A stretch of DNA of 64,000 nt from Epiperipatus broadwayi (taxonomy: Eukaryota > Animalia > Onychophora), in the NCBI GenBank assembly GCA_028023455.1, contig JAQFVV010000010.1:14756001-14820000 (forward strand), in the 5' to 3' direction. A model generated the notes under the pieces. It worked only from the letters and a program-made list of their open reading frames with translations. It had not been told where the DNA came from and searched no databases. This document shows, one piece after another, positions 13,164 to 27,325 of this stretch (within the stretch, counting starts at the first letter, position 1; every line of letters starts with the position of its first letter). Both the position numbers and the translations under genes were made by a program.

Positions 13164-13378
13164 TAAACAGGCAAAATTCTCCATACATAATGCCACTCAG
13201 TGCAAGCCAGAGTAATCAATGGATGTCAGAAGGCTTATGCATAAAATCCCCATCTAGTGCCTACTCATCCAATATCCTCTGGCTTGCACTGTCTGAGTGG
13301 CAATACGTATAGAGAGTTTTGCCTTTTTTAATAACAGTTAAGAGCAAGCATAAGAAATGGTGATCATGTGACGTTTTC
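13164..13378. mobile_element. HHR family B insertion B1 (inverted; ribozyme itself not included)
   Basis: Reverse arm ~13164-13277 plus forward arm ending in the tail ...GATCATGTGACGTTT; TSD ATACATATAT at 13154-13163 and 13379-13388. Confidence 0.85.
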
Positions 13379-16011
13379 ATACATATATAATTAAAATTAT
13401 TTTGACTAGTTTAGCTTTAGGCTTTTAATATATATATATATCAATTGTATAAAATGGAGTGGATAGCTTTGAGAACTTGAAAGTCTGAATTCAAGATCCC
13501 AGACTTTTTCACAATGTACTAGTTTCTCCCTTTTCTTTTCAATGTAAAAGCAAAGTTAATTAATACGTATATTAATTTTTAAAAAAATTAAAATTTTTTA
13601 TAAAGCTTATTATTTGTAGTACAATAATATTACGGTATAATTAGAAAATTGCTAATATTTTCTATTTATTAATTTTAAATGATTTCTATTTGTGATTCTT
13701 AAAAGTATTCAGTGAATTTGCCTGTGAGACTGTCAAATTATCATATCCTGGAGGATGGGGTTGTCAAATTGAAAAGTGCCATCACTTCCGGCACTCTGAT
13801 ATTCTTACCACCTCCCAAACAACAAAGTCATTCATTCATTTATTTTACAGTATTTATTATTACTATTATTGTTCAGTAACATTTAGCATCCAATCTTATT
13901 TATAATATTAAAAGTAATGAAATGCATAGTTTGTATTTATATTTATTTAGAATGTATATTTAGTTTATTTGGATAGGACTCATTTATCAAAATTTTATAT
14001 AATTATGATTGAATAATTGTAGAATATTATGATAAAAGTTTTGAGCAGCTTCACAAAACTGAAACTTTATAGAAAAGACGCTCTTTTATTGAAATAAACA
14101 CAATATTCAAGCTCACAAATAAATAAATCAAGCATGGGTGATTTAAAAATTCAATAGTTACTCTTTTAAAGAATATATTGTCTAATATTACCATATTTCA
14201 TAACTATTTATAAGCAGTTCAGTGCTTGTTGCATAATTATAATATATTAATATCTTCGCAAGTTAAAAAGGCATTATTCTTATGGCTTAAATTTGGATAT
14301 TGTCTGTCATTTGATATGCAGTATATCTATGGAACTGAATATAATTGCATTGAAAAGTAACAAAAACATAGCTTTCATAGTATTTTTGATATTATATAAC
14401 CAAAGTAAAAGCATGTACTCATTCTTAGAAATTAGTCTAAGAATATTTCCAAACATGAACATCACATGCCTTTATTATAATCACAAAAATACAAAAAATA
14501 TTGTAAAATCTGAATAAAATTTATTTTTCACTTTTTAATGCATTTTTTAAAATTTTTTTTGTGTATTTATGTGAATAAAAATGTATCTTTAAGTATATAT
14601 TTTTTTATTTTCTATTTTTTATTTTATAAGAAAGTTTGATATTATTATTTAATACTGGTAGATGGCATTAACATATAGAGTAGTGAATGCCATATACAAT
14701 TAAAAATTTAAAATTTTTTTTTGCTAAAATTATTTGCAAACTCCAAAAAAAAAAAAAAAGTATTATCATCAGGAATACATTATGTATGCAAAGTTTCAAT
14801 TAGATTAAAAGTTAGTAAGTGAGTGAAACTTGAGTTACAAGTTGTCTTAGACAGACAGTAAAAAAAAAAAAAAAGAAATTAAATAAAAATTCATTAAAAA
14901 AAACCACTATGGACGATTCATACAGAAAGTATTAATGCATATAAAGATTCAATGAAAATTTATCCAGGTAAATAAACTTCTGTTTGTAATGGGGAAATAC
15001 ATTCCAAAGCATTAGAGATATTGAAAAATGAAGCCATTATTGATTTGTAGAAGTGAATCTTTGAGTAGCAAAGAATAATATATCACTTATTTAGACATCT
15101 AATCCTGAAGACATCATTTATATGTTAAAAAAATAATTTATTCTCATCATGCTTTCAAATTTATGTATAAAATTGCTACTAGATAATGTTTAATCTTTAT
15201 AAAAAGTAAGATAATAATCGATTATTTTTGTTTATTTTAAAAAATGTAAGTATTGTTTAATTCATATATTTATATTTTTAATAAATATATACACTAAAGT
15301 ATTATTAATACTGATGCATTATTTTTTTTATATATAAAAGTAGGTAAATGAAGTCTTAATTCTTTATTCAGCAAATAAATTCCCATATTAATTTTAATCT
15401 TTAATTGACATTGTAGCATATAAAAGTGTGATGTTTACTTTTATTTATTGATGATAATACATATAGTCACAATGTCTGAGTAATATTTTATTGTACTGTA
15501 TGCATATTTATTTAAAATCACAAAGATGTGAATTAATTAAACTCAAATGTTAAATAGTTATATGCAAAATAAATAAGTTAAACAATTGGAAATTTAAAAA
15601 AATAACAAAGTTAATTTTTATTTTACATTCAGTTTAAAAAGAAAAACAATTTGATGTTATTCTTGTCGTTTAAATTGTTGTAATAATTTATGATTCAAGG
15701 ATAATCATTTTCTTCACCAAATAAAGATGTTTTTTAAATTAGGTTTTCAAATAACTGGTGGTATAGATGTGCTACTATTTTTCATGATTTTCATTTTTTT
15801 AAAATTAAAGTAGCTTCTATTTTTTTGTTTGTTTGTTTGTTTTATCACATATACAAAAGTTTCTTGATTTTAAAATCACAAACATTTTATCCTTCATAAT
15901 CAATATTAAAAATTTGCTTTGAATTGCAATCCTCTTATTAATTAGAAATTTATTTCATGTATGTAAACTTTTGTTAAATTTTTATTCACATAACATGTTT
16001 CAACTTAATTT

Positions 16012-16081
16012 GTTTTCCATATGGATCGGAAGCGATCCTGAATGGGCAGCTATGCTAACCGCTAGGCCACCAACACTTCAC
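16012..16081 (-). mobile_element. tRNA-Gly-derived short SINE, copy e (internally deleted)
   Basis: GTGTTGGTGGCCTAGCGGTTAGCATAGCTGCC...GATCGCTTCC; TSD TGTTTCAACTTAATTT at 15996-16011 and 16082-16097. Confidence 0.8.
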
Positions 16082-17129
16082 TGTTTCAACTTAATTTTTA
16101 CAATTTTAAATATAATCTTCCTTTCATTTAATTAATGACTTTTTTTTTTTATGTAAGTTCTATTGGTAATTTTGGGTATGGTATTATATTTCCAAGTGAT
16201 GCTTGAAACTTTTACAAATAAACCTGTAAGTACAGAAGAAATGCACTTTGAAAATTATATACAAATATGTAATATGATAAGACTGAATTTTTGAAAGATA
16301 AGAAACATCCTCATTTCTCCCCCTGCCCCTTTATGTTTGAATATTTTTTGTTTTATGTATAAAATGAAGTGTGGCTCCTTTTTTTTTTTTTTAATGCAAG
16401 TGATTTTGAAGACATAAATATAATAATATTAAATTATTAGGTGTACTAAACTGTATTAGCTAAGGCTTCTACTATCTTACATTAATGAATACAATATGTA
16501 ATGTTTTTAAGTCATTCTCATTTTATTTGTGACAACTTGCTTTTTTTTTTGTAAACTTCATCATTATGAAATGATGTATTTTATAAATTTCCAGTACATA
16601 ACTGTTTTGTTTTATAAAACATGGTTTTTTTTTCCATGTTCTATAATTATGCAGTCATAAATAGTGCAAAATCATGGTGGATGCAGACATGGACAGTACG
16701 GATTTTATATATATCACAGGTTTATTATGTTGTAGATAAGAATTTGGTTCTCATTCATTGGAATATTTTTTAGGACCATTTAATGATGACCGATAAGGAC
16801 TCTGTTCAATATTTTTTATAAATACCTAAGAATTATTTCAACTCTTTAAAAAAAAAAAAAAATGATTGTAACCATTTTTTACACTATAATATTCAACTTG
16901 TGTAAAATATTTTAGCACTAAATTTTCAATCTAATAATACTTCAAACATGTGTTAAATAAGTTAATTCAACCATATAAATGATAATTATGAATTAGTAGT
17001 TATCTACAAATTAAAATTAGATGGAATGCTTTTGATAGAAATAACGTAATATAAAAAAATATGTGTTTGAGAAATAAGGTTTTTAATAATTGTGTTTTAC
17101 TATTTCTTACATATTGATCTAAGACTTAG

Positions 17130-17445
17130 CAGGACATTTCAGTTATGTTGGAGCAAAAAAAGAATGAAAGCGAAATACTTGGGTGAGAGAACCATCACAT
17201 ATCATTGACATTATTAAAATGGTGCTGGGTTGACATTTCTGGAAGAGATGATAACAGTTGGGCAGTTGAAACCTTAAATGGATCTTGAGAGATTGTAAAA
17301 AAAACCACATAGGAAATTGATGAATGAGTTAAGAAAGTTTGCTGTAGTGATATAGAGTAGAGAAATTATGGATCAAGTTGGATTTAGTTAGTAAGGTCTT
17401 TATTTTGAAGTGGATTGATAGTGTTTGAAAACGATGATGATGATT
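17130..17445 (+). mobile_element. RTE LINE 3' end
   Basis: Matches the 3' ends at 55400-55705 and 56110-56400; ends GGTCTTTATTTTGAAGTGGATTGATAG...(GAT)n tail. Confidence 0.7.
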
Positions 17446-18262
17446 GTTTAAGCCTTAGTTGCCTGACACATTTCTCATTAATTTTTTTTATTTGCTTTAT
17501 ATATACACACATACTTAAATATATTTTGAATTTTTATTATTTGTTATTAGGCATAGCCAATATTTCCTACAAAAAAATATGTTTTTTCTCTTCCTTATGA
17601 TTTACAGTTGATTTTGAAAGGTAAATTTGTCTTTTTAAATTATCTTTCTAGCTAATGAAACATGCTTTACTGAAAGAAAATAATACAGACAAAATTAATA
17701 ATAAACTGGAAATGTATTTCACTTCAGGCAGTTTTTAAATTGTCACATTTTACAGTCATTTACATCTGTCCTTGCAAGATCAGCATTTTCACATTCCCAA
17801 TCTATAAAAATAAAAAAAAATAGTATAAAAATTGTTATGTGGAAATTGTCACTTAAAAGCAGGAATGATGAAAAATAATTCACAAATTGTTTGGATTTAA
17901 AAAAAAAAAAAAGTAATATATGTTTATATTTTTATTATTATTTTCAAGTTTAAGATAATCATTTTTGATCATAATATTTTATGATTTATTAATGAGTGAG
18001 TTAAATTTTCTGTGATATTTGTTGAGTTTGTAATTTGGTTTATTATGTGCAAATGATTGTGCAACTACTAGAAAACAATACGCTTGTAATCTTTCATCTC
18101 TTTTTTAAATAGCATAATGGTGATCTTTGAAGATGAACCTTGAACTCAGCATTAGTGATAATACTTCACATTATATTGTAATCATGTTATTTTTATAATT
18201 CGAGTTTTAACATTTATCTAATGGTTCCAGAATATTATACTGTAATTAAAGAGCTGCTAGGT

Positions 18263-18364
18263 GTCAAGCGTTGTTAGCCGAGAGGCCAGTGCAGCTGCCT
18301 TGCAAGCAAGCAGTTGGTTGCAGACGGTTGTTACTAGCGGATGGTATGATATATGAAAAAAAAA
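18263..18364 (+). mobile_element. tRNA-Gly-derived short SINE, copy f
   Basis: GTCAAGCGTTGTTAGCCGAGAGGCCAGTGCAGCTGCCTTGCAAGCAAGCAGTTG... plus poly(A); TSD AAAGAGCTGCTAGGT at 18248-18262 and 18365-18379. Confidence 0.9.
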
Positions 18365-19049
18365 AAAGAGCTGCTAGGTTCTTGTTTACTAACCAAAATT
18401 AGATGAAGGGTCTCATTGTATATTGGATGGTGTATCTTCTAGACATCTAACGACCTAGAATTTGAATCCAAATGGAAGTTGGAAATTTTTTAGGTAACCA
18501 GTTAATAATAATCTCAGCTAGCAATCTAATTATTCATTGGTAAAATGAAGATTAAATATTTTAAGCTGCAAGGCAAAAGAAGTTTAAGCCATAAATCCTT
18601 TTAATTATAGCTAAGTTTTCTACCTTGTTCTCTTTTTATATAAGAATGCTGTAAAAATCTTTACTCTGTAATGGGCTATTTAAAATTTATTTTACATTTT
18701 AACAAATGATTAATTGATTCAATTATAAGCTAGCCAGTAGAAAAAATATTGACTTTGTTTAGGAAATGTTCAACAACTTGAAAAATCTTTCTGGTTGTTA
18801 AACCCCATACTGAGCTTAATGGGTTAATAGATTTACCACTACCCTGAGGCTTTTATTATTGTTGTCATTTAAAAAAGTAAAGTTAAATTATTATTTTTTA
18901 ATATTCAGAAGTGAATTTTCATGTCTACTGATGTTTTTGAATTTTATATTTTCACATTCTGATGTTCTTATGTGATTTCATGTGAAGTATTATTCTGAAT
19001 TGCATGAATTTGAATCCTTAAACTATTTTTTTTATACATTTAGATTAGA

Positions 19050-19745
19050 CAACATGGCATCACAAAAAATATAAAACAAAATTACAACTTCCATAGTGCA
19101 TACATATGAAAAAGTTGATTTGTTAAAAAAATCAAGTCAAAAGGTAGTTTATTCATATGCTTGCAAATATCTGTAATCCATAGTGATGTTCAACTGTATG
19201 AAATTCAAAAATATGCAATTCTATACTAAAAGTTGATTGCCAATATAAATGGAAATACTAAAAATATACAGCAATTTTCTATGGCATTGTATCAACCATG
19301 GTTATATTTATATCACAATATATTTTCATAAAGAAATTAAGCAATTTATTCTTAAGTTTAAAAATTCACATTGCATTTGATTTTCATAAACAAAAAGTTT
19401 TTTATTGTATGTTAAAAACTTACTTTCTACATAAATGAAAGCACTAAACATATTGTGGCAACTTTCTACATTGTTTTATCAGTCAGAGTAAAAGAAAAAA
19501 ATCATGTCAGTATTTTTTTATGAAGAGGTTAAACTCATTCTTAAATTGTGTGAAATTTTCAATTGCATATAATATCCAGAAACAAAAAATTTACAATTCT
19601 ATGCTAATAGTTATACTCAAAATGTTAACAGAAAAAGGAAAAAGTGCTCATTTTGTTACGTCAAATTTTCTAAAACAGTATGAAAAAAAAAATTTGATTG
19701 TCTTGTATAAATGTAAAATTTTTTCACAATCAAGTAAATGTAAAT
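19050..19745 (+). pseudogene. Possible highly decayed Penelope-like reverse transcriptase
   Basis: Ordered weak motifs MFNCMKFKNMQFY (~NYFEFNGKFY), FLWHCINHGYI (~WKRYIDDIF), KEIKQFILKFKNSHCI*FS (~EELKQFLNYLNSFHPSIKFT), NFLHC (~YLHY); many stops. Confidence 0.4.
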
Positions 19746-19984
19746 AGGTATCAAATTAAATTTTTTATACTAAATTGTTTTTTTTTTCAAAAGCTTTATT
19801 CACTGAAGTAATAAATTAACAAACACCTTATTGGAATACTTTTCAAACATTTTATTATGATACTATCTTTATTCCTATATCAAATTTCTTTCACTTTAGA
19901 AATGCAAAATTTTTTGGTAATGAAGTAAATATAGATCTTTATCAATTTATTGCAAGATAAAAGTCTTCAAATTTAATGCAGTTT

Positions 19985-21650
19985 CTCCAATGCAAAATCT
20001 CTCTTCTTTGAATCACAGCAATACCCATGCATCTCACATGTATTCACTTTCTAGATCTTTTACAATTACTTGGGATCTAGCTTAAGACTTTAATTGTCAG
20101 TCTATTTTTATCTCTTCTAGAAATATATTCTGTCTAGCATTTCTTTTCAGTCTTAATTCTTTTAATGATGCTAATGATATATGTTTGTTCTCTCAGCCAT
20201 ATATTTAAATGTTGATTCTTTGTTATTGCCATTGCTTTGAATCATGTGATATGTAGCATTACTCTTCTTCTATATATCCATTTTTTTGATGTAGCATTAC
20301 TCTTCTTCTGTGTATCCATTTTTTGATCCATAAGTAAGAACTCATCAAAGGCATCTTCCTTTTCAGACATCTTATTAGGCTTATTTCTTTTAATACTCTT
20401 ATTTTTACCAAAAGCATTTTTTCTAATTTTGTTTTCATCTTATTAATACTTATTTTCTTCTGAGAATTTCTCTTTAGTCCTATTTCCTTACTTTTATTTG
20501 ATAACTTATGAGTGAAACATTATTTGCAGGAACAACAAACATCATTATCTACAAAATCTAGATGATTTATATAAGATCCATTCATTTTTATTTTCATAAC
20601 TTCCTATTGTAAGCCAACTTTTTATAAAATTACTGTAAAAGATTCTGGAGATATGGAACCTAACTGTGGACACTTTCTTAATGTTAATCTTTTTATTATT
20701 ACTATGTAATCTAATCACCTCTGTTACATCATGATAAATATTCTTCAGAATATGTTCATTTAGTCAAATGCCTTTTCATAATCTACAAATTCACAGTGTA
20801 ATGGCAATTTATGTTTAAATGTTTTTTTCTACAATTTCTCCCAAAGTTGAATGTGATCTGCTATGTTAAAACTATTTTCAAAACCAGTTTTTTTTGAGTC
20901 TAAAGTTTGCTGTTGATGAGTTGAAATTAATGTCTTAAAGCTTTATTTTGTATAGAATTGTTAGAGAACTAATATATCTACAATTTCTAATATTTTCTTT
21001 ATCATCATTCTTAAATATCAATTATATAACTCAATTTTTCCAACCATCTGGTACATCCTAGACATTTTATATATAGAGCCAATAATTTTTCTATTTCTTC
21101 ATTTGTTTTTTTTTTAAAGATATCAATAATAATTCCTCATTTCCTGAATTTTTTTCCTTCTTTATAAGATTTAATTGCATGTTCATCTCTTAATTTAAAA
21201 TGTTTGACAATTCATAAGATATAATAATTGTAGTGGTTGCTTTGTTTTTGTTAATCAATTCCTTACAGAACACTTCCACAAATTTCACGATGTTGCCCTT
21301 CTTTTTAATAGTAGTCCCATCTTTTTTTCTTATTGTTGAAACAATCTTTTTTTTTTTTTGTACATTACCAGGATTTTGTTTTATACTTTTGAAAATTTTT
21401 ATTCTCTTCTATAATTTTCATTGCCAATTTACAGTTTATATTTTCTTATATCATTATTAACCATTTCTTTATACTAATTTACATTTCTCCAGACATTCAG
21501 TTCTTTTTAGTAGCTCGCTTTAAAATATATTTTTTTTCATACATGTTTTGTTTTAGTTGAAAATTTACTGATGGATTTCTGTATTTTTTATCATTTTATT
21601 GATCTCAATTAAGTTCAAACCATCTTCCAAGTCTATCACTATTTTAAAAT
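19985..21650 (-). mobile_element. Decayed RTE LINE (RT and 3' end)
   Basis: FVDYEKAF at ~20769-20790 and VLTYGS at ~20325-20341; collinear with 56110-57700; contains a 39-bp tandem duplication at ~20250-20325. Confidence 0.8.
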
Positions 21651-24559
21651 GATTATTTAAGTATCAGTTTAAATTCATTGGAGTATTTCTGAAAGTTATG
21701 GAATATACATTGTTAAAACTTTTTTTTTTCTGTGTCTAATTTTGCATTAACATATATCTTATATACGTCAGTAATTAATATCACTTCTTGTATTGAGTCT
21801 ATAAGAAAGTTTACATACTTCTAATCAATTTTTTTAATTCAAAGTTAACATGCTTTTTTTTTAATTCTAGTGTACTAACATTTGGATATTTCCATGTATA
21901 TATTAGTTTAACTTAATATTTTCATCAGAAAAAGAATTCATATTTTTCTAAGATAAAAATTAATTCATATTTTTCTTTTCCCCCTAATTCCATAAATAAT
22001 AAATTTAAATTTATTATATTTTTGATTAAATTAATTGTTTTGATGAATGTTACATTTACATTATGTTTGATTTTTAAATATTTTTTGTTTTATCCTTATA
22101 ATTACATTTCCATAAATTTCACAGTGAAGCAAGAGTTTTGGAATAACAGGACACAATCTATACATATATAAAACAATAATATCTCTTTTTTGTTATTGCC
22201 AATAACATTTTTTATTGATAAAATATTTTTCATAATACAAAAACTTATCAATCAATGTACATTTATACACTTATATATAAAATTGTGTGGAAGGAAAATA
22301 TATTAAACTTTCACCTACTCAAATATTACTAAGCTTTATTTTATACTAAAATTCACTATACCAGCGCAAGATGTTAATCTTTAAAAGTAATACTTACCAA
22401 CAGCGTGACCTTAAAACTGTCTTTTAAGCTAAAGTTGTCCAGAGAAATCTTCCTTGTTTTTAATATTAGAAATATATGGTAAAATAAAATCTTAATGTAA
22501 TAATCTGAAGCTAGTGCTAAATTTTTTGACAATATAGGTAATCGACTAATCCCTTATTCTCTTTTTTTTTTGTCAGTGTATTTTGTGAAAATAAAATGTT
22601 ATATGTGTGTGTGTCCATTTATACATTAAACTAGTAATGGAAAAAGCAATTTATATGAATTCTGTGCTTTCACAGCCTATTGCTAGATCATTTTTAAAGA
22701 TTTCAAATCATTTGGAAATAAATATAAATGTAACACATACAATCAATATTAAAAAATATGTTGATTTTTTTTTATAGATATAATTCAGTTACAATGTCAA
22801 GCATATGACAATAATCATAGCTTAATGATAAGAAATTGAAACCAAAGTAACTGCTACTCCTATTAAGCTGTGCTTAACCAACAAACAAACATCAATGAAC
22901 TTTGAAAAGACTAGAATTATGCCACACATTCTATTAGCTCTGTTAGCAGTTAGCTTAGATTATTGATGTTACAAATCAGAATGAAATCTTTATATTAGTT
23001 TGATTTATGTATAGTGTAAATATTCTGAAATCATTATTTAAATATTCAGAGCATCAAAGCCACGCCTTAATTTTGACAACCCCAAATGCCAGATGAAACA
23101 TCAGTTTAATAAATTGAGCTGTGCTTAATCAATAGTCAAATGCCAATAAGCTATGAAAATAATAGATAGAACCTGCCTTTTAGCTCTGTTAAGATTTAAA
23201 ATTATACATAAAGTACCTCAAAAATTTTGATCATCAGATAAAATGTATAAAAATTATATATTTGCTCTCAATTAATAATAGATAAAATAATATGTATAAT
23301 TATTGTATATTAAAGGGTAATCAAATTCAGTAATAAGTTTTATGTGGGATGTCTTTTGTTTATGTTGGAAATTCTCTTTCTCCATATATTTATTGTTAGC
23401 TTAGAATCATTATTAAATTAAATTATTATGCAATATTATATCAAAAAAAAATTAATATGGAAAATAAAATAATATGCATTCATTTTTTAAAAATTAGGTT
23501 GGAAAAAAAAAAAAATCCGTATATCTATTTTAGATTTTTTTTTTCTCTCCCGGAATTAAAATAGCATAGTTTAATTTGATGGGGGAGAAAATTAACTTAT
23601 TAATAGCATGAATTCATTGTCAAAATTTAATGTAAATTTTATATTATTGTTTGTTCATTTATTATTATTTACTTTACATTTTAATAAAATTTAAAATTCT
23701 ATTCTTTATTTAATGATTTAGGCATATTGTTATTATTTTTTTTTTTTTTACAAATTGCTCTGTGGTTGAGTGATCAGCGCATCTTCTATTTGGACATTTT
23801 ACAAATTCCAACAGGTTTAGGATTTTTTTAGCACATAGCAACTTATCTAGCCATCTAATTATTGGTTTGCAAAGGTTTATTTAGCTATTTTTAATTATCT
23901 TGGTAAAATAAAATTAAAAAAAAACAACAAACATAATCACCACTTGGACTTTTTTGCCCTAATGAATATTATTTTCTTTACAATTTCTCCATAAATGGAT
24001 GTTGAAGATGTCTTTACACTGTAGTGAGATTTTTAAGGCTGCTTATTTTTTAGACATTTAAAATGAGTGTTAGTGTGGCACCATTAAGTTCTAAGCCAGA
24101 TTAGCACTTTTTCTGGATTAAACAATTATATAATAATAATAATTCAGAAATATACTTTTTACCCTTTTATTTTCACAGGAACTTTATTAAAACCCAAACA
24201 AACAGTTATGTATGATCTTTGTTACAATGATTACAATTATACACATAGGATAAATTTACTTACATAATCAAAGATAATGTTACATTTTCATTGATTCTTT
24301 TTAAATATTCATGTAGCCATTGTTTTTAACTTTAAAGTCCTAAAGGTTGTCATTATTTATCATCTAAAATTATGATATCTTCTGGTTACTGCTCATAACA
24401 TAAAAGTCATAATAAGTGTCATAATTTATTTATATTAATAATTGTTTAACAGAGGCTGTGAAATGGCATCATTTATAGAGTAGTTAATAAGAATATTAGT
24501 GTGGGTAATATTCATATAGTGATAATAAGAAAGAAAAAAAGTATTTTGTTACTGCGAAT

Positions 24560-24780
24560 GAGATTTGATCACACCATGCATGGTATTGGATGTAGACCCA
24601 AGCGAGAGTATATGGCTTTATATATAGATTCAGAGGATAGTTTGTCTCTTTCTTTAATGACTTGAAGTTTGTTCCAGAAGGTTTTCAGATGCATGCTGGG
24701 ATTGTTATTGTATAAGAAAGTGCATCTGACACATCATAATATGTCATCAATGTTTTTAAAGCAGCCATAGTAAAGTTAAT
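24560..24780 (-). mobile_element. L1/Tx1-type LINE ORF2 C-terminal fragment
   Basis: IL*CVRCTFLYNNNPSMHLKTFWNKLQVIKERDKL aligns without gaps to CLWFVRCFLIFKSVIPDPTLIFLQKLKDIKERDLK of ORF 31677-32114. Confidence 0.65.
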
Positions 24781-24849
24781 AATTATTTAAATTTTTAGCA
24801 AAATATCTTCATTTTATACAATACAAATATTTTCTTGATATTAAATATA

Positions 24850-25600
24850 TTTATAATAATAAAACTACTTGTGTTTTCTTGTTTTATATTGGTACATAAT
24901 AAACAATGATTAATGGCATGAAAACTTAAAAAACAATTTATATTGTTTAATGTTTAAATGCAAATGGAAATTACAAATTGACATACTTTTAAGTATTGAA
25001 ATTTACTTCAAAATAAAATGTCAAGTAATTTTCAATATCTTTTTTTTAAATTTATTGAAAGCTTTTATTTAACATGTATTTTTTTGATTATTTTTATATA
25101 AATATATACATGGTGATATTTAGAAAAATATGCATTACATATTGTATTTATGTATATAAAATAAAAGTACATATTTCTGGGGTTTTCTTCTATTTCACAA
25201 ACTATAATAATTACATATAAGAGAATTGGACTCCCATTATTTAATGTCATTTTTTTTAGCAAACAATGAAAGTATTCTGTAATTTTTTTGTGTGTGTGAT
25301 TTAGTAAATAAATACTTAAATTTCTTGCTACTTTGTATAAAAATATTAAATCTTTAGAGAGTAAGTACTCTTTTTGAAACAAATTGTCTTTTCAGTCTTT
25401 TACTTTGTCTTTTATCTCATTCTCTATTATATATATATATTATTCTCTTCATTCACTTAAATGAGTATAGGGACTGTTTATTGTGAATTTTTAATGCCAC
25501 TAGTTGTTTCTCATATCACTATTTTGATAGTATGTTTGTGTTTATGTAATTCTATATTCATTCTTTAAGTAGAATTACAACAATTCTTGTTTCAATATTT
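24850..25600 (-). pseudogene. Possible PLE RT remnant downstream of the family D repeat
   Basis: Weak motifs ALKIHNK..L (~LPKIHK..PL) and NNGSPILLYVIIIVCEIEE (~MGSPLSPILANIFMEELE) in the expected order. Confidence 0.3.
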
Positions 25601-25819
25601 TCTTTTTACTGTTGTTGTTGTATAGTCATCTCAAAACTCATCTTAAACTTTTATTATTAGTCTTTCTATTTTTTTTTTCTCTTCTAAAGTTAGAATGGCC
25701 ATATTTATTTAGTTGGGGCTATGATTAATGATTGTGATAACAGAATAAACAATTATTATAGCATCCCTTCTCTGCTTTATTAAATTATTCAAGTAACGAG
25801 GTTTGTAACCATAAATGTT

Positions 25820-25921
25820 AAGGTCTTATTAAATATTTTGCTGTTTCTGTTAATGAAACCCCACTCACATACATTAATGTAGCAAAAAAAAAAAAAAAAG
25901 CTATTTGACAAGTTTCATATT

Positions 25922-25952
<31 letters not shown>

Positions 25953-27325
25953 TCCAGGAAAAACATGAAAATAATATAATTTATTTAGAAAACTAATATG
26001 AAAATATATTCATTGAACAAACATTGAATGAAAAGCAAATATTTTCAATAAGTTTGATCAATGCAAACATTTCTTAAGAAATTAAATTAGCAATGACAGC
26101 AAATCCTAATGTAAATTCTTCAGTAATATTTGCATTGATGATATTTATTGAAAATGTTTTGACACACACAATAGTCAAATATTCAGTTTAAAAATTATTT
26201 GTCCACAATATTGTTATATCCTTTTACAAATATAATAATCTAAATAAGATTGAAACAAACAATTAATTATATTTACAATTATTTAATTATCAACCCAGCT
26301 TTTATTTCTTGTTAAGACTTTTCAAGACATAGTTTTATGCATTGCATGACCTATTAATTTACATTTCCTATTGGACATTATTCACCTTAAATAATACATT
26401 TAACATTATACATATAGACTTATAAATGAAAATGCCTCATAAATTTTAAAATTATACATATACATAAATATTTTATATACCTATATAAACAAATAAATAT
26501 TCTGCCCCCTCCCCCCCTAAATAAACTTTCATGGACAGTTCTACTATAATTTTTAAATCTTTTAATTATCTACTAATGCCCATTTTCTACCTAATTTTGC
26601 CTGATAGATGTATAAATATAGTTAAAGATCCAGCAAAATTATGTGGAAAGTCGACATTATTAGGAAGATTTAAAAATTATGGTAGAATTGTGTGTAAAAG
26701 TTTATTTGGGGGGGGGGGGGGTAGAATATTTATTTGTTTGTATAGATATATAAAAAATATATGTATTTATATAGTTCTAAAATGTGTTATGCATTTTTAT
26801 TTTATTTATTTATAGGTTTATATGTATAATGTTAATTGTATTAATATTGTTTAAAGTGAATAATAGCCAATAGGTGAAGTAAATGTAATTAATAGGTCAT
26901 GTGATGTATAAAACTATATCTTGAAAAGGTCTCAATAAGAGATCGAAAGCCAGGTTGATAATTAAATAATTGTAAATATAATTAGTTGTTTATTTCAATC
27001 TTATTTAGATTATTATATACTACTTTGAGATTGTCAAATACATTATATTATTCCATTTGATGTAATCACTAATAATATTTCTTATAGAATGTTTGCATTG
27101 ATCAAACTTATTGAAAATATTTGTTTTTCAGTTATTTTTTGTTTACTAAATGTTTTCATAATAGTTTTTTAAATAAATTATACTATTTTCATGTTTTCAA
27201 ATGTATTTGTTTTTTTAGATTTTGAATTTTTATGAAAAATATATCAAATAGATTTTGCTTTGCTATACTCATATATGAATGACAACCCATCAACAGGTAG
27301 ACCATATCAGTCATAAATTTAGTAG
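25820..27325. repeat. ~1.5-kb foldback (arms ~25820-26565 and ~26660-27325) with HHR motifs, family D
   Basis: Nested reverse-complement anchors: 26030-26072/27088-27129, 26231-26295/26953-27017, 26450-26560/26665-26775. Confidence 0.85.
26917..26960 (+). ncRNA. Hammerhead ribozyme motif, U3-A8 variant (family D)
   Basis: TATC TTGAAAA GGTCTC AATAA GAGATC GAAA GCCAGG TT GATA: stem I TATC/GATA and 6-bp stem II; more decayed mirror copy at 26288-26330 (-). Confidence 0.6.

Noticed and set aside
13730-13830. GC-richer block with AGTGCC/GGCACT hairpin and CACTTCCGG ETS-like site
   Set aside because: Short motifs expected by chance; no conservation data.
14700-14870. Helentron/HINE-like remnant (AAGTTTCAATTAGATT...GACAGACAG), similar at ~28740-28830
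   Set aside because: Resemblance is from memory only and too degraded to define ends.
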